DNA of 64,000 nucleotides from assembly GCA_003971905.1 (NCBI GenBank), contig RSEE01000130.1, positions 1-64,000 of the forward strand, written 5' to 3'. A program made the translations under genes and the position numbers. The stretch comes from Moniliella sp. 'wahieum' (Eukaryota). Below, in pieces: positions 22,786 through 35,345 of this stretch (within the stretch, counting starts at the first letter, position 1; each line of letters begins with the position of its first letter). The notes under the pieces were generated by a model. It was not told the origin of the DNA. It made no database searches and worked only from the letters and a program-made list of their open reading frames with translations.

Positions 22786-25723
22786 ATGCCTGCCCCCCCT
22801 CCCCCTCCGCGACCCCATGTGCTTCCCGCGCCGCCCCCAAGCGGCCCGACCGCGCGTCCAGCCATGCCCCTGCCGCCTCATCCGCTTTCAAGCGTCCCCG
22901 CCTCAGTGCGCCCGCTGCTGATTCTGCCCCTCGCCCCCCACGGCCCACTACCTCCTCGCCGCCATCCACGCCGCAGGTCTACCTGTGCACGTGGCGCAAG
23001 CGCCAGTTCAAGAAGCACAAGACGTGGGACGGGGACGCCTACTTGCTACTGCTACTCGACCGCCCCCGCCACTCTGCCAAGCTGGTAGAGTCCGACTCGG
23101 ATCGCATGTACGTCCTTCCCCTCCGCCTCGTTCTCCACGCTGTTTCGCGCGCTTTGGGTGGCACGATGCTCACCTTCCTGCCAGTGTTGCATCTTCCTCC
23201 TCCTTCTACCGCCCGGTCCAGGTGGACGACGAGCTTCTGCTCGGCACTGTCGAGGTATCGTTTCGTTCGCACCCCAGCTGAAAAACATAGGCCCGCCGAT
23301 CTGACCCTGTTCCGACTCTTGCAGATTCAAATTGTCTCGCTCTCCTCCTATTCTGCATACAAGCGTTCCCGCCGCGCCGAGATGGATGCCCCCCCCATGA
23401 CAATCCACCCGTTCCCCCGCCATCTGCGCTACCCAAGACGCGCTTCCAGCCCCTGACCAGCAACGCACCTGCGGCCCTCAATGCCGACTCTGCCCGTGCC
23501 CGGACGTTTTATGCCGCCCCTGGCGCCTTTGCCTCCGCTTCTTCTTCATCTTCTTCCTCTTCGTCCCTTTCCAAGCCGCGTATTTCCGCCTCTGCGGCCG
23601 CAAGCAAAGCGGCCCCGCGTTTTGACCCTCACGCGCCTGGGGCCGTGGTGATGCCGCGGCCGAGCAAGGCGCACCAGCTTGCACACAACCCGCACGGGCG
23701 GCCTGTGGTGGATGTGGTGGTGGACCCGTCGGTGGGCAAGCATCTTCGTCCGCACCAAGTGGAAGGGGTCAAGTTTTTGTACGAGTGCGTGATGGGCATG
23801 CGGGGCGACGGGTCGCAGGGCGCGATTTTGGCGGACGAGATGGGGCTGGGCAAGACACTGCAGACGATCGCTTTGGTACATACGTTGCTCAAGCAGAGTC
23901 CGTACTGGACCCTGGCTCAGCGGTACAAAAAGTGATGGTGGTTGTCCGTTGACGCTGGTCAAGAACTGGAAACGCGAGTTTCACAAGTGGCTTGGTTCGT
24001 CGTCGATCAATGTATTGTGTGTGGATGGGAGCAAGAACGGCTCGCGAGCCGGTTCTTTCGCTCGCACGTATTTCAAGTGATGATCATTGGCTATGACAAG
24101 CTGCGCTCGTGCATTCACCATCTCAAAGACGCGCATCCACCCATCGACCTCGTCGTGTGCGACGAGGGCCACCGACTCAAGTCCCGTGAGGCCAAGACGA
24201 CCAAAATGTTTGACTTGCTTCCCACCCGCAAACGCATCCTCCTCTCTGGCACCCCGATCCAAAATGACCTCTCTGAGTTCTATGCGATGGTCGACTTTGT
24301 TGCGCCGACGCTGCTGGGTGAGTACGCGACGTTCAAACACGTCTTTGAGGATTGCATTGTCCAAAGCCGGGTGGTAGGGTGCAGTGCGCAGGAAGCTGAG
24401 GCAGGACGAGAACGGTCGCAGATGCTACGGGACGCAACGCAGCAAATCATCCTCCATCGTTCGGCCGATATCTTGACTGGTTACCTCCCCTCTCGTACGG
24501 ACATGGTGGTTTTCTGTGCGCCCTCGCCGGTACAGCTACAGGTATACAAGGCGGTGGTGGAGCAAAATAAGCCAGTGTCCAATCCGTTGGTTCAGATTGG
24601 CGCGCTGCGCAAGTTGTGCAACTCGACCCGTCTCCTTCAACTGGACAAGGAGGCAGACAGCGTACCTGAGGAGGCGAGGAAACTGCTGCAGAAGCAGCTT
24701 CCAGTGGAACAAACCAGTGGCAAGCTGATTCTTCTGCACCGACTTTTAGCTCGCATTTGGGCCGAGACGGAGGACAAGGTTGTGATTGTGTCGCATTTCG
24801 TCTCGGCGCTAGATGTGGTGGAGTCCATGGTGCGGAAAAAGTACAGTTATCTCAGGCTGGATGGCCAAACGAAACAAGAGGATCGGCAGCAGCGCATTCA
24901 AGCCTTTAATCGCTCCGATCGTTCTTCCTCCTTTGTCTTTCTCCTCAGTGCCAAATCGGGCGGGACGGGACTCAACTTGATTGGGGCGAACCGGCTGGTA
25001 CTGTTGGACAGTGACTGGAATCCCTCCACCGACGCGCAGGCCATGGCGCGTATTCACCGCGACGGACAGCGCAAAGCATGCTTTGTCTACCGCCTCTTGC
25101 TGGCTGGCACGATGGACGAAAATCTATGAGCGGCAAGTGGCCAAGAGTGGATTGAGCGAGGCGTTGATGCAGGCCTCGAGCAGTGCGGGCGCTTTCACGG
25201 CGGACGACTTGCGCGACCTGTTTACCCTGCACACCTCGTCCCCTTGCGTAACCCACGACCAACTGGGCTGCACCTGCAAGGGCAACGGCGACCCAGTGGA
25301 CTGGGATCCCGAAGAGGAGGAGAGAGAGGGAGAGGAAGCGCACGAAGAAGAAGAAGAAAACGACAAGGCGGGAAACCAAGGCGAACAGCAAGGCTTTGTG
25401 CCAGCCAGTCAGCGGGCTTTGGATCGTGTACGTCTTTTGGGGGGCCCTTTGTCTGGCCTTGCTCTCGCACTTGTGGCAGGTACTGACAGACTCACTTTCT
25501 GCGTGGGCAGACGGCCACACACAAGACCCAACTGGCCTCGCTCTTTTCCTGGGACCACCTCGACTGCACCTGGACCCAGGCCGAGCTGGACGACGGAGCG
25601 TTGCAGCACCTGGTCCAAGCGCCGCTCGCGACGGGCCCATTCGACATGCACACTGTGCCGGCCGGCCGGGTGCTGCACGTGTTCCGCAAGCGGAACAGTC
25701 CGCTGGCTGGGGAGGAGCGTTAG
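22786..25723 (+). CDS. RDH54: SNF2-family DNA translocase RDH54/RAD54B
   Basis: N-terminal [15 protein letters not shown] motif typical of RDH54/RAD54[65 protein letters not shown]. Introns ~23108-23184, ~23255-23324, ~25428-25510. Confidence 0.92.
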
Positions 25724-26221
25724 GCCGCTCTGCTGGGTGTTGGATCGTGTGCGCATGTCCCGCAGGATATGAAGGGCAGATCCACCAACGGTCAGTACCG
25801 TCAGTACTGGACCATGCGCCTTTTCCTCCGTGACCGACCAGAACCGTGGGTCTGTTTTTTTACGGTAGAATGGGCTGGACCACCAAGGGAAAGACGGGGG
25901 CAAGTGCGGTACCAGCCTCTCTGTTCTTATAGCGGCTGGGCCAATGTACGACCATTGGTATCCAATGCGGAGCGCCAGTCTCCCTAGACGAAATCCCATA
26001 GGGAGCGAGCTGAGATCTGAGAGAGCCATCCTCTGCTCGCTTATCGACCAACTGCGCTCCGCCCACAACCCTAGCACAACCCTACTGCCCTCGACGCTGG
26101 TGACCCCCGCGCAGGCCCAGTGTCCCCGCCGGCAGCATCTCGCCCGCCGGCACCACCACCGCACCACCTCCTCCTCCTCCTCCACCAACACCTCCCCCCC
26201 GCCGTGGCGAGCACAAGTCTG

Positions 26222-29200
26222 ATGGAGCAGCAGCTTGTCGAAGCGGTCCGCCTCGCTGCTGATCCAACCGCTGGCCGTGGCGGTGGCGCCAGTGGCGGCA
26301 GTGGCGCCGACACGGGCAGTCTCCGCGCCCACGCCCTCGCCTTTCTCGCCGACGTCCAGACGCCCCACGACGTGTGGCCCGCCGCGTGGGCCGTGTTCGC
26401 GGCGGTGCCGGCGCACGACGTCCGGTGCGCATCTTTGCCCTCTCCCTCGTCTCCGCCTTCCTCGCTGCGGCGCCCCCCAACGACCCCGCCGTCGCGGCCC
26501 TGCCACCCGCGTCTTGGCGCATGTCCACACCACCTATGTCGCCGGCACGGGCGAGCCCAACGCTGCGCTCGCCAGCAAGCTGGCCCAGACCATCACCCAA
26601 CTACTGGCCTACCTCTATTCCCAGCCGGCTGCCCCGCCCTTCTTCTTGATTTATTCGCCTTCTTGTCCGCCCCTCGCCCGGCGCGCCGCTCAATGTCCAT
26701 GTCGCCGATTTGGTCCTGCGTGCCCTGCATGATCTTTCCCCACCCTCGGCTCCGATGTTATGATTCGTGCTGCCAAGGACCGCCGTACGCTTCTGCGCGA
26801 TGGCCAGGTGAAGGATGCGATCCGCGCTCATCATGCGACTGCCCTTGCCGACCAGGTCTGGTCCATCGCCCGGGACTGTCTCTCTGTGCTGGCGCCTACT
26901 CCCACCCAGACGCCTGCACAAGGCTTGAGTGAGGCAACGGCCACTCGATTGTTGCGCCAGCGCTGGTCTGCGCCGGAGACTACGCCTCCTGGCTCGACAT
27001 TTCACTCATGGTGACCTCTGAAACGGTCGAGGTGTTGATGCGCGCGCTCCATCTGCCGTCTACGGAAGTGCGGGGCGCCGCTGCAGACGCGCTGCTGGAT
27101 GTGGTGCTCAAGGGAATGAAGCCGACTGACAAGCAGCAGCTCCTCTCTCTCTTGGGACTCACATCGATTCTTACTTTGCAGGAACGCTCGACCCGCAGCC
27201 GTGGCACCAACGCCCAGCTTCTCGCCTTGGGTCTAGATTTGCCAGCGTCTGCCTCGTTCACCCCACTCCCCGTAGCCGAGCAAGAAGCCACACTTGATTT
27301 CCGCGAGCGCATTGCCAAGCTCGTGGACGGGATTGGAATCGAGCTGGTCAAGATCATTGACGACACGAGCGCTGTAGCGGGCGCGGTCTCTTCGACAGCA
27401 GAGGAAGTCGGCTTCTTGGTCAGTCGGGACAGGCAGCAGTGGAGATGCTTACCAACCACTTGCCCCTCATCCTCTGTTTCTTGGCAGACGAGCATGAGGG
27501 GACCTCGGAACAAGTCTTGCCCACGATCCAGGCTATTTTGGGCATGTGCAAGAAGAGCAAACGCCGTTCCACGGGGGCGCCGAGCCATCCTCCCAGCTCC
27601 TGGCCCAATCCGATTTCCTCACCAGCCTGTTGGCAGTGGTGGGACAGAAACTCAAGTATGCGCCCAACCTGCCCTGGACTGGGTTGGGGTCCGAAGAAGA
27701 CACGCCTGAGGCGGCGGCGCAGGATGACGATGCGCCCGATTCGGACGAGGCAGCGTTTGTGCAGTTGCGCAAAAAGTTACAGCAAGTCGCGGCCTCGGTT
27801 GCTGGGCTGGACGAACAACTGTTTTCCTCGGCAATGCAGAACGTGATTATCGGGTCCTTGGTCAGGTACGAGGAGAGCATTGCTTCGGGCGGATCGGTGC
27901 CGATGCCTTCCTGGCAGGATATTGAGGTCGCCCTCTTCTGCACCTATATTTTCGGGGAGATTCTCAGCACATCTGCTTCCTCCCCGCTTAAAGCTGGCCT
28001 CTCCCCGTTTGCGTTTGTCGAGACAACGGGGCTGCCCGTCATTGCGCCTGGGGCTAAGCGCGGAGTGCAGCCCAAGGTAAGTGGCGAACAGCTGCGGGTG
28101 CTCCCCCTCAACCTTTTGGGGGGACGGTGCAGCGCGCATTGACTCGGGCGTGGCTGCATTCCCTCATCCGGCGGTGCAACTCCAGCTGTTCGAAACACTT
28201 GTTCGGTACAGCGCCTTCTTCCAGGTCCGACCGGGGCTCCTGCAGGACGCACTTACCTACTTTCTAGATGCCCGTGGCATCCACCGCCCCGAACCCGGGT
28301 TCCGTAAGCGGGCCAACTACCTCTTTGGTCGTTTTGTGCGCGAAACACGTACTCACATTACGCCGGAGATGGTGCCCCCCATGCTGGAGAACATGCAAGA
28401 TGTGTTGCTCATCCAGGCTGATCTGCCGCCTGTCCCACAGGGCACGGATCCATTCGAACGTGCAACGGACAGTTCCGCATTTGACAGCCAACTTCATCTG
28501 TTCAATGTCGCTGGTATCCTGCTTGCCTCAGTGCACCATGACCCGAACGGCAGGCAGCGCTCTTGGCCACCATCATTTCTCCCCTGGCCCACGGCCTGAC
28601 GCAGGCAGTGCAGGCCTTTGATGCGTCAGGCCGCACCGATCTTCGCTTGGTCCTCCAAGTGCACCACTTGATCCTCGCCATGAGTACACTGGCCAAAGGG
28701 TTCCCCGATGCGAGCAACCAATCGGCAGAGTCCATCGCCTCCGCCCACTTTGGATCGATGCGTTCAAGCGCATGACCGAGCACATTATGGCCTCGGTTGC
28801 TGCTTTACGCGACTTTCGAATTGTTCGCGAAGCTGGTCGCGGTGCTTTTGCGCGGATCATCAATACCATCGGCCGTCATGCGTTGCCTTTTGTGCCGATC
28901 TTGATTGACGCAGTGCTCAGTGAGCTGTCCGCGGCCGAGCTGGTCGAAAGCCTCAACTTCCTCTCGATGCTCGTCAACAAGTACCAGAGGGATGTGCAAG
29001 CAACGTTGGACGAGCTTCTGATCGGGCTGCTCCAGCGCACATTTGCCTTCCTCAACCAACCCATCACGGGTACGGACGAGTCCCTGGAGCGCACGCTCCT
29101 CCAAAAGGCCTACATTGGCCTGATTCACAGCCTCGTCTCATCTGGCCTCGATGGCGTTCTTCTTTCTCCCAGTACGTACGCACCCTTACCTTCGTCCTGC

Positions 29201-29689
29201 CCAGGCGTTCTCTTTTCAGAGTCCTGTACTAACTCTCTTGGCTCTGCACAGAAAACCAAGCACAACTCCAACCCATCCTAGAGAGTTTGATCTACTATGC
29301 GGGCAACGCCGCCGACAAACGACGCAACGCAGCGCCGTGACCTGTTTAGCGGGCGTTGTGACGGCCTGGGGCACGACGGTCAGCGGATTCGAAACGTTTC
29401 TGTACGAACGGATTGTGCCCTTGGTCTTTGAGACGGCAGCCACACCAGAGTTTGACCTGGCCGATACCCAAGCGCAGCAAGTCCTCACCGAGCTAGCGGG
29501 TCTCCTGAAAAAGGCGTATTTGGCCCGCGGGGACGAGCTGCTCGAGTTTCTGCTTACGCGCTACTTCCCCTCCATCAACTGCCCTGACGTGCTGGCCTCC
29601 GAGGTGGCCCAGGGCGCCAAGACGCTTGAGCCCAAAGCCTTTCGGCGTGTGCTGCTCAAGTTTGTTCAGGCTTCGACTGGTGCGGCTGA
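26222..29689 (+). CDS. LOS1: Exportin-T (tRNA export receptor)
   Basis: MEQQLVEAVRLAADP start; EVALF..YIFGE, PHPAVQLQLFETLVRY, FLDARGIH, FDSQLHLFNVAGIL, GFETFLYERIVP. Intron 29172-29251. Frameshifted; 3' end approximate. Confidence 0.85.
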
Positions 29690-29900
29690 TAGAAGTGCCG
29701 ATCGCCAGTTCGCCAGCATACGAGTACCCTCCCCCTGCAGACTGACCTGCAATCCCCTTCATTCCTCCGTTTACGATGTAACCTGCAACTATGAGACGTT
29801 CCAGTTGACAGGCCAGGCTAAACTCCCGATAGCGCCGACATGTGTTGGGAGAGGAGGGAACAGGGTAGCTAATAACATTGAGATGAGAGCGGAGACTAAC

Positions 29901-31527
29901 CTACTTGGTTGTCTTGCGCTTCTTGATCGGTCGCTTGTCTCCCCTGGCCTCGGACTCGGATACAACCTCAGCTCCACTCTCGTCGGACGATTCTTCGGAA
30001 GGAGATCCGCCGTCGGAAGACTCCGCTTCAAAGTCCTCGTCCTCCTCCGAGTCCTCGTCGTCATCCGCACCCACATCGGGCATCTCCTCATCCGACAAAA
30101 CGCCCGCGGCGGCCTGGAGTGCCATGCCACCGTCCTCAGCCATCTCGTTTTTGACCCTCAACTTCTTCTCGAGGAAGTAGCTGTTGAGCTTCTCATGTTC
30201 CTCACGGTTGATGCTCTGGAACAGATGACTGGTGGACCCGTGCGTAAGGACCTTCAAGTCAAATGTTTTGCCACTGCTCACTGCCCCTCCCACACGGGAA
30301 AAGACGAGTTTCTGAATATCGCTAAAGGGAACGTAGACCGACTGCTTGCTCACCCATAGCAAGGCCTTGTCCAGGGGATAAAGCAGACCATCGGCCGCCT
30401 TGACGTTGCACTTGACCGAGCTTTGGGAAGTGCTGCTCTCGAACGTGGAAGGGATGATCAAACGTTGGCCGGTAAGTACTTGAAGAGGGTAGTGACAATC
30501 TTGAACGTTGGTTCTCATAGCGCTTCTTGAGCTTGCCCCCGTACTTGGTCGCAATCGTCTCCTCGTCCAAGTTGAGTTCGGCATCCATCTCTTCCTCCCG
30601 TGGGAACTGAAGAACAAGTACGGGTAGCGAGTCTGGCCCTGTCGGATTGCCGGGTCGAGGCTGATGACAAACTGAACGTGCACGTCGTCTTGCTTGGGCA
30701 ACAGGAAAAGACGGTTGATGCTGCTGTAGAGGACCTTGTAGTCGTATGTCTTGCCGCGCAACCGCAAAAAGGTAGGATACATGTCAATGTCGTACCTCCC
30801 GCGTGGCGTCAACACCAGTACGTCTTGGAACAGCAGAATGCCATCGCCTGCCACCTGACCAATATCCGCCTTGGCCTTCAGCGCATCATGGAACGCCGAG
30901 CCGCCGTCTCCTCCTCCTTGTCGAGCCAGCATCACTGCCGGTATCCACAATGCCAGGAATGTAGAACCGCATTTCTACCAGCTGGTCTCCCTGCGTCCGC
31001 GGCGGCTTGCTCCGCCCGCCCGAGGCTGCACCACTGTTGGCTGTCGGCTGCTGCTGCTCGGGGTTGATGAATTCCATGCTGACCTCGGTCTTGCCCGCAA
31101 TGTTCGAGTTGGCCACATGGCTCAACGGAATCTCAAACGCCAGCTTGTCCTTGATCAGGAACTGCACGTCGTCCGACGCCAGCTCCGCCTTGCCCCAATT
31201 CCAACCGCGCATGCTCACCTCGACCGACTCGAGGGGCGCATCGTACCAGCGCCGCAACGCGCTCGCCAACCGATCATGGTCTTCGCGCAGAAACCCATCA
31301 AACGTGATCCGCTCCTCACCACGTCGTTGTGCTCGCGCAAGCCAATCCGAGCTGGTAGTTACGCGCCACCTTGATCCATTTGAACGACTTGAGGTTGGTG
31401 GCGGCTTCGGTGATGTCTGCCCAGCCTCCCCACCAGTCGGCTTCCATCCCAGCCCAGCTTGGGTCAGACGCAGACGGCCGGTCGCGCCCAGGCCGTAGAA
31501 AATGTGGTGGAAATCAGTGTCATCCAT
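29901..31527 (-). CDS. POB3: FACT complex subunit POB3/SSRP1
   Basis: GWNWGK, FEIPLSHVANSNIAGKTEVSMEF, LVEMRFYIPG, LTPRGRYDIDMY, LRLRGKTYDYK, IRQGQTRYP; acidic tail and KKRK NLS. Confidence 0.95.
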
Positions 31528-32763
31528 CGCGACAAGAGCGCAGGCGATCGAGCGGGGGGGGGGAGCGCGGGAGGAGTGGTGGCGGTGGCGGGTGGTGGGG
31601 GGTGGTGGTCGCGGGAAGAGTTGGTCTCAACGCGGCAGAGTGCGAGAGAGAGAGAGAGGGCAACCCTAGCACGACGCGTTCTTCGGTTCCGCGCTCGTCT
31701 TGCCATTTCCGACGCGTCGTACATGGGCCCGATTTCAAATTTCAGCCGTGTCGGCTGGATGTGGCGGCTCTTCCTGGGTTCGTTGTACACAACGCACAGA
31801 CCCCCGTGCTCCCGCAGGCGGCCAGCCGTCTTTTTCCTCCACCATCCCCCACGCAGCCTCGGATCCTCGGGACGAAGAGAGATTCCGAATGTGGATGGCG
31901 CATGGTCATCGAGATGAACATTGACAAACTGGTTACCAGTAGGCCTGAGGAGTACGGGTCTCGCGCTATATTACCAGTGGGACAACCGCAGAGAGTTGGC
32001 CACACTCTCGCTCGTCTCTCCCCCCATTACTAAACGTTGTTGCTGTGGCGAGCGAAGACATGACGCATATACAATGCTTTGCCTATGCGGCGGAGGCCCA
32101 TTCCCCTGTGTGGATAATCTCACCCGAGCAAAAAGAACAGCAGCGGGTGACAGACCGACGGGGGAATCTGCCCAAATGTACGCCAGACTGGCCTACGTAT
32201 CCTTCCGCTCCCCCCTGGCTCAATACAATAACCACTACTGCTATATGATAGGCGGGGAGAAAAGATGTGTAAGGATATGGGCATGGGAATCATGATCGTG
32301 ATCCGTAGGACGAAAGAAAAGGTAGGCTTAACAGGGGGGGGGGGTCGGCGAAAGGCAAGACAAGGGCGAGAACAGAAGAGGGATATGAAACAAACGGGCA
32401 GAGGAAAAACGAGGAATGGGAAGGGTAGGAGAGCAGCGGTGCCAACCAAGCAGGCAGGCCCAACGGCAGCACGAGCAGCCAAGACGGGGTCTGGGGATGA
32501 TTTTGGCGACGCATCGGCGATCCAAGGGGTTGAAGAATGGACAGAAAGGTGGGACAGGTCAGGCTACCAGGCGACGTAACGGGCTGCCCACAATGGGAGA
32601 GTGCGAATACCGGGCGTACAAGACGGCTAGGGGAACGGTGGGACAATGGCCAAGGACTGGCGACCGAGCATGTCGAACGCAAGCCGGACCGGCGGTATGT
32701 CCAGACCAGTCTTGCTTCCACGCAGACCCACCTTCCAGGGGATAGCTCATGGGCAACGCAGCC

Positions 32764-33766
32764 TTAGTTCGAGGGGCCATCGGCCGGCACAGCCTCAGCG
32801 ACCTGGTCGGCCACCTCAGTGACCTTTTCTGCCACCGACTCGGCCGCGGCCGAAACCTCAGCAGAGGGAGTGGCGGTGGCGTCGGGGTGCTGGATGGCCT
32901 TTTGAAGCTCGGGAGGGCCGTGTTGCGACAAAGTTGATAATGTTGGTGAGTTTGGTGGTGACGGGCACATTGGGCTCGGCAGCCTCGTGGGCAAGCGTGG
33001 CGTAGGCGTCAGTGACCGTGTCCTTGACTGGACGAAAGCGGGAGGCAGTCTCCGAAGGGAGAGAAAGGACAAAGGAGCGCAGCTTTTCCAGCTCGGCGAG
33101 GATGCCTTTCGAGGCTGTGACAGCCTCCTTCTTCACCTCCCCCTCCAGCTCCTTACCCGACTCTTTGGTCTTGGCCAAACGGTCAGAAAGGGTAGCGTGA
33201 AGCGCAGTAATCTTCTCAACTGCCGCCTTGACATAGTCATTGTGCTTGAGGTCGTCGAACTTGGCAGTGGCCTTCTCGTACGTAGGCACCACCCGGGCCT
33301 CATACACTCCCTTGGCTGGCGTGACGATCTTGTCGGAATAGGTCTTGCTAATCGAGTCGGTGATGGCCGTCTTGTAGGCGGAAACCAAGGCCTGGGCATT
33401 GACCTGGGCCGTGGCAGGGGCGGCCTTGACGTCCTTGGCCACTTCCGAGGGGGTGGCGTGGAAAGGGTAGGGGAACTTGGCCTCGGCCAGGTCGATGCCC
33501 TTGACGGCGAGGCCATCGACGTACTGCAGCTGGGGAGTGAAGCGGGCGGCAAGAGGCTCAACAACACGCAGCCCGCCGGCAGCCAGGTGGCCGCCGGCAA
33601 CGGCGGCGTTGAACACCTGGGGGTAGCTGGCCAGCGTCTGGTGGGCGTACTGGAGCGAGTCGCGGACGAGAGGCACGCTGAGCAGCTTGGACACGGCCTC
33701 GCTCGACGGGAGCGGCTTGGAGGCGGCGGGGGCCGGAGCCGGGGTGGCGGAGGCAACGTCGGACAT
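32764..33766 (-). CDS. Perilipin/CAP20-like lipid-droplet protein
   Basis: SKLLSVPLVRDSL...PQLQYVDGLAVKGIDLAEAKFPYPF PAT-like N-terminus followed by amphipathic helices; one frameshift near the 3' end. Confidence 0.75.
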
Positions 33767-34832
33767 GGGGGAAGGGTGGTGGGCGAGAGAAAGGAGGAGG
33801 GGGCGCGACAGAGGGCTGCGGGTGGGGTGCGATAAGGGCGGGTCTTATACACCGACCGCACCGGGCCAGTGCCGGCCAGTGCTGCACGCAAGGTGCATGC
33901 GACCGTGCAGCGTGCATCGCAGCTGCACGAGTGCGGGCTGGCTGGCGCAGTGCCGTTCCGTGCCCGACCGCGTAGCGTCCGCTTGTGCGTGGGCGTCTAA
34001 ATTGGCTCAGCACCCGCCGAGCCTCTGCGGTGCGGCAGCGGCGTGCTGCTGGGCAGGATGCATGATCACTGTGCGCTGACGTGCTGGGAAACCTTGTGAA
34101 ACGCCGTCCCCACCGCCGCACGGGGCGGCAGTGTGCCTCGCACCAGGTGACGCATGCCGTCGGTGATTGTCCCGCGTTTTCACGCTGCAGGTCCAATCCA
34201 CTGCCGCCATGCCTGCTGCGGGTGGCGCACAGCGCCTGTGTAGACGCGCGGGTGCAACTGACAGTGCGCAAACGAGCTAAAACAGCTATAAAACAGGTTA
34301 AAACGCACGGACTACGTACCAAACGCAGTAGGGGCACGAAGCGAAGCAGGCCATTCTACCCTATTCTGCCCCACTATGTACCCCTCCGCTTCCCCACCTG
34401 GGACTGAGAACGCAGCCCAAGTGCTGAGGTAACTGGTAACTAGTAACCGGCAACGGCAACCGGTAATGCATAATGAGCAACTACGCAACAAGGCTGAGAA
34501 TGGAAAGTACATCTGAGATCCGAAGCCCTGAGATCTCAAGGCGAAAAGAGCGATCGATCTGATGTCGACCTTCCAGCTTCCGCTCCTGTGCCCAGCCAGC
34601 CAGCCTGCCCGCTCGGCGGCAACATGCCGCGGGCAAAAGTGCAGTTGTTGCCGCCACGCATCGGGGTACATACCGAATTGTGTCCCACATACTCCACCCC
34701 ACCCACACTCCTCTCTCTTCGCCCACGAGAAGTAATATGGCCTCTCCCCGATCTCATCATGCACATGCATTGTGCAACTCGTGCCCCACACACAAACAGC
34801 GCTGTTGCTGCGCGTTCGGGCCGTTCAGGACC

Positions 34833-34870
34833 AGAACGTTGAATTGAACGTACGTTGAACGTTGAACGCT
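34833..34870. repeat. Heptamer palindrome repeat (AACGTT-G)n
   Basis: agaacgttgaattgaacgtacgttgaacgttgaacgct. Confidence 0.8.
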
Positions 34871-35178
34871 TGCGCCTGTGGGCCGTGGGGCGCAGAGAGA
34901 GGGGAAAAAGCGTTGCCACTTGCCACTAACGCCCACTGTTACGGTCGCGTCTCTCCATGTCCTGCCTGCCCCCCTCCCACGTGTGCTCCCTATCCTGCCA
35001 TACATGATGCATGATGCATGACGCGCATCAAAACCGTTCTTCTTGCTCCCGCACAGCAGTCACTACAGGTCACACGTCCCGACTCCTGGCCAAAACTAGT
35101 CAGTACTCAGTCTGAGTACTCAACCAGTACACTCAGTACCATTGCGTCTAGTGAAGCTAATGACTATAGCGTGCCTAG

Positions 35179-35248
35179 TGAAGCTGAAGCTTGAAGCTTG
35201 AAGAGCTTGAAGCTTGAAGGCTGAAGAGCTTGAAGCTAAAGCTTGAAG
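35179..35248. repeat. Heptamer palindrome repeat (AAGCTT-G)n
   Basis: tgaagctgaagcttgaagcttgaagagcttgaagcttgaagg...gcttgaag. Confidence 0.9.
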
Positions 35249-35303
35249 TGGTTTTGAAGTCACTAATGCGACTGTACCTATAGGACTGGTATGAATATGA
35301 CGG

Positions 35304-35345
35304 GATGATCGATGATCGATGATCGATGACCTCGACGATCGATGA
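35304..35345. repeat. Heptamer palindrome repeat (ATCGAT-G)n
   Basis: gatgatcgatgatcgatgatcgatgacctcgacgatcgatga. Confidence 0.9.

Noticed and set aside
29690..30359. Apparent LOS1 read-through overlapping POB3
   Set aside because: Best explained by a frameshift just before the true LOS1 stop plus an open antisense frame of POB3.
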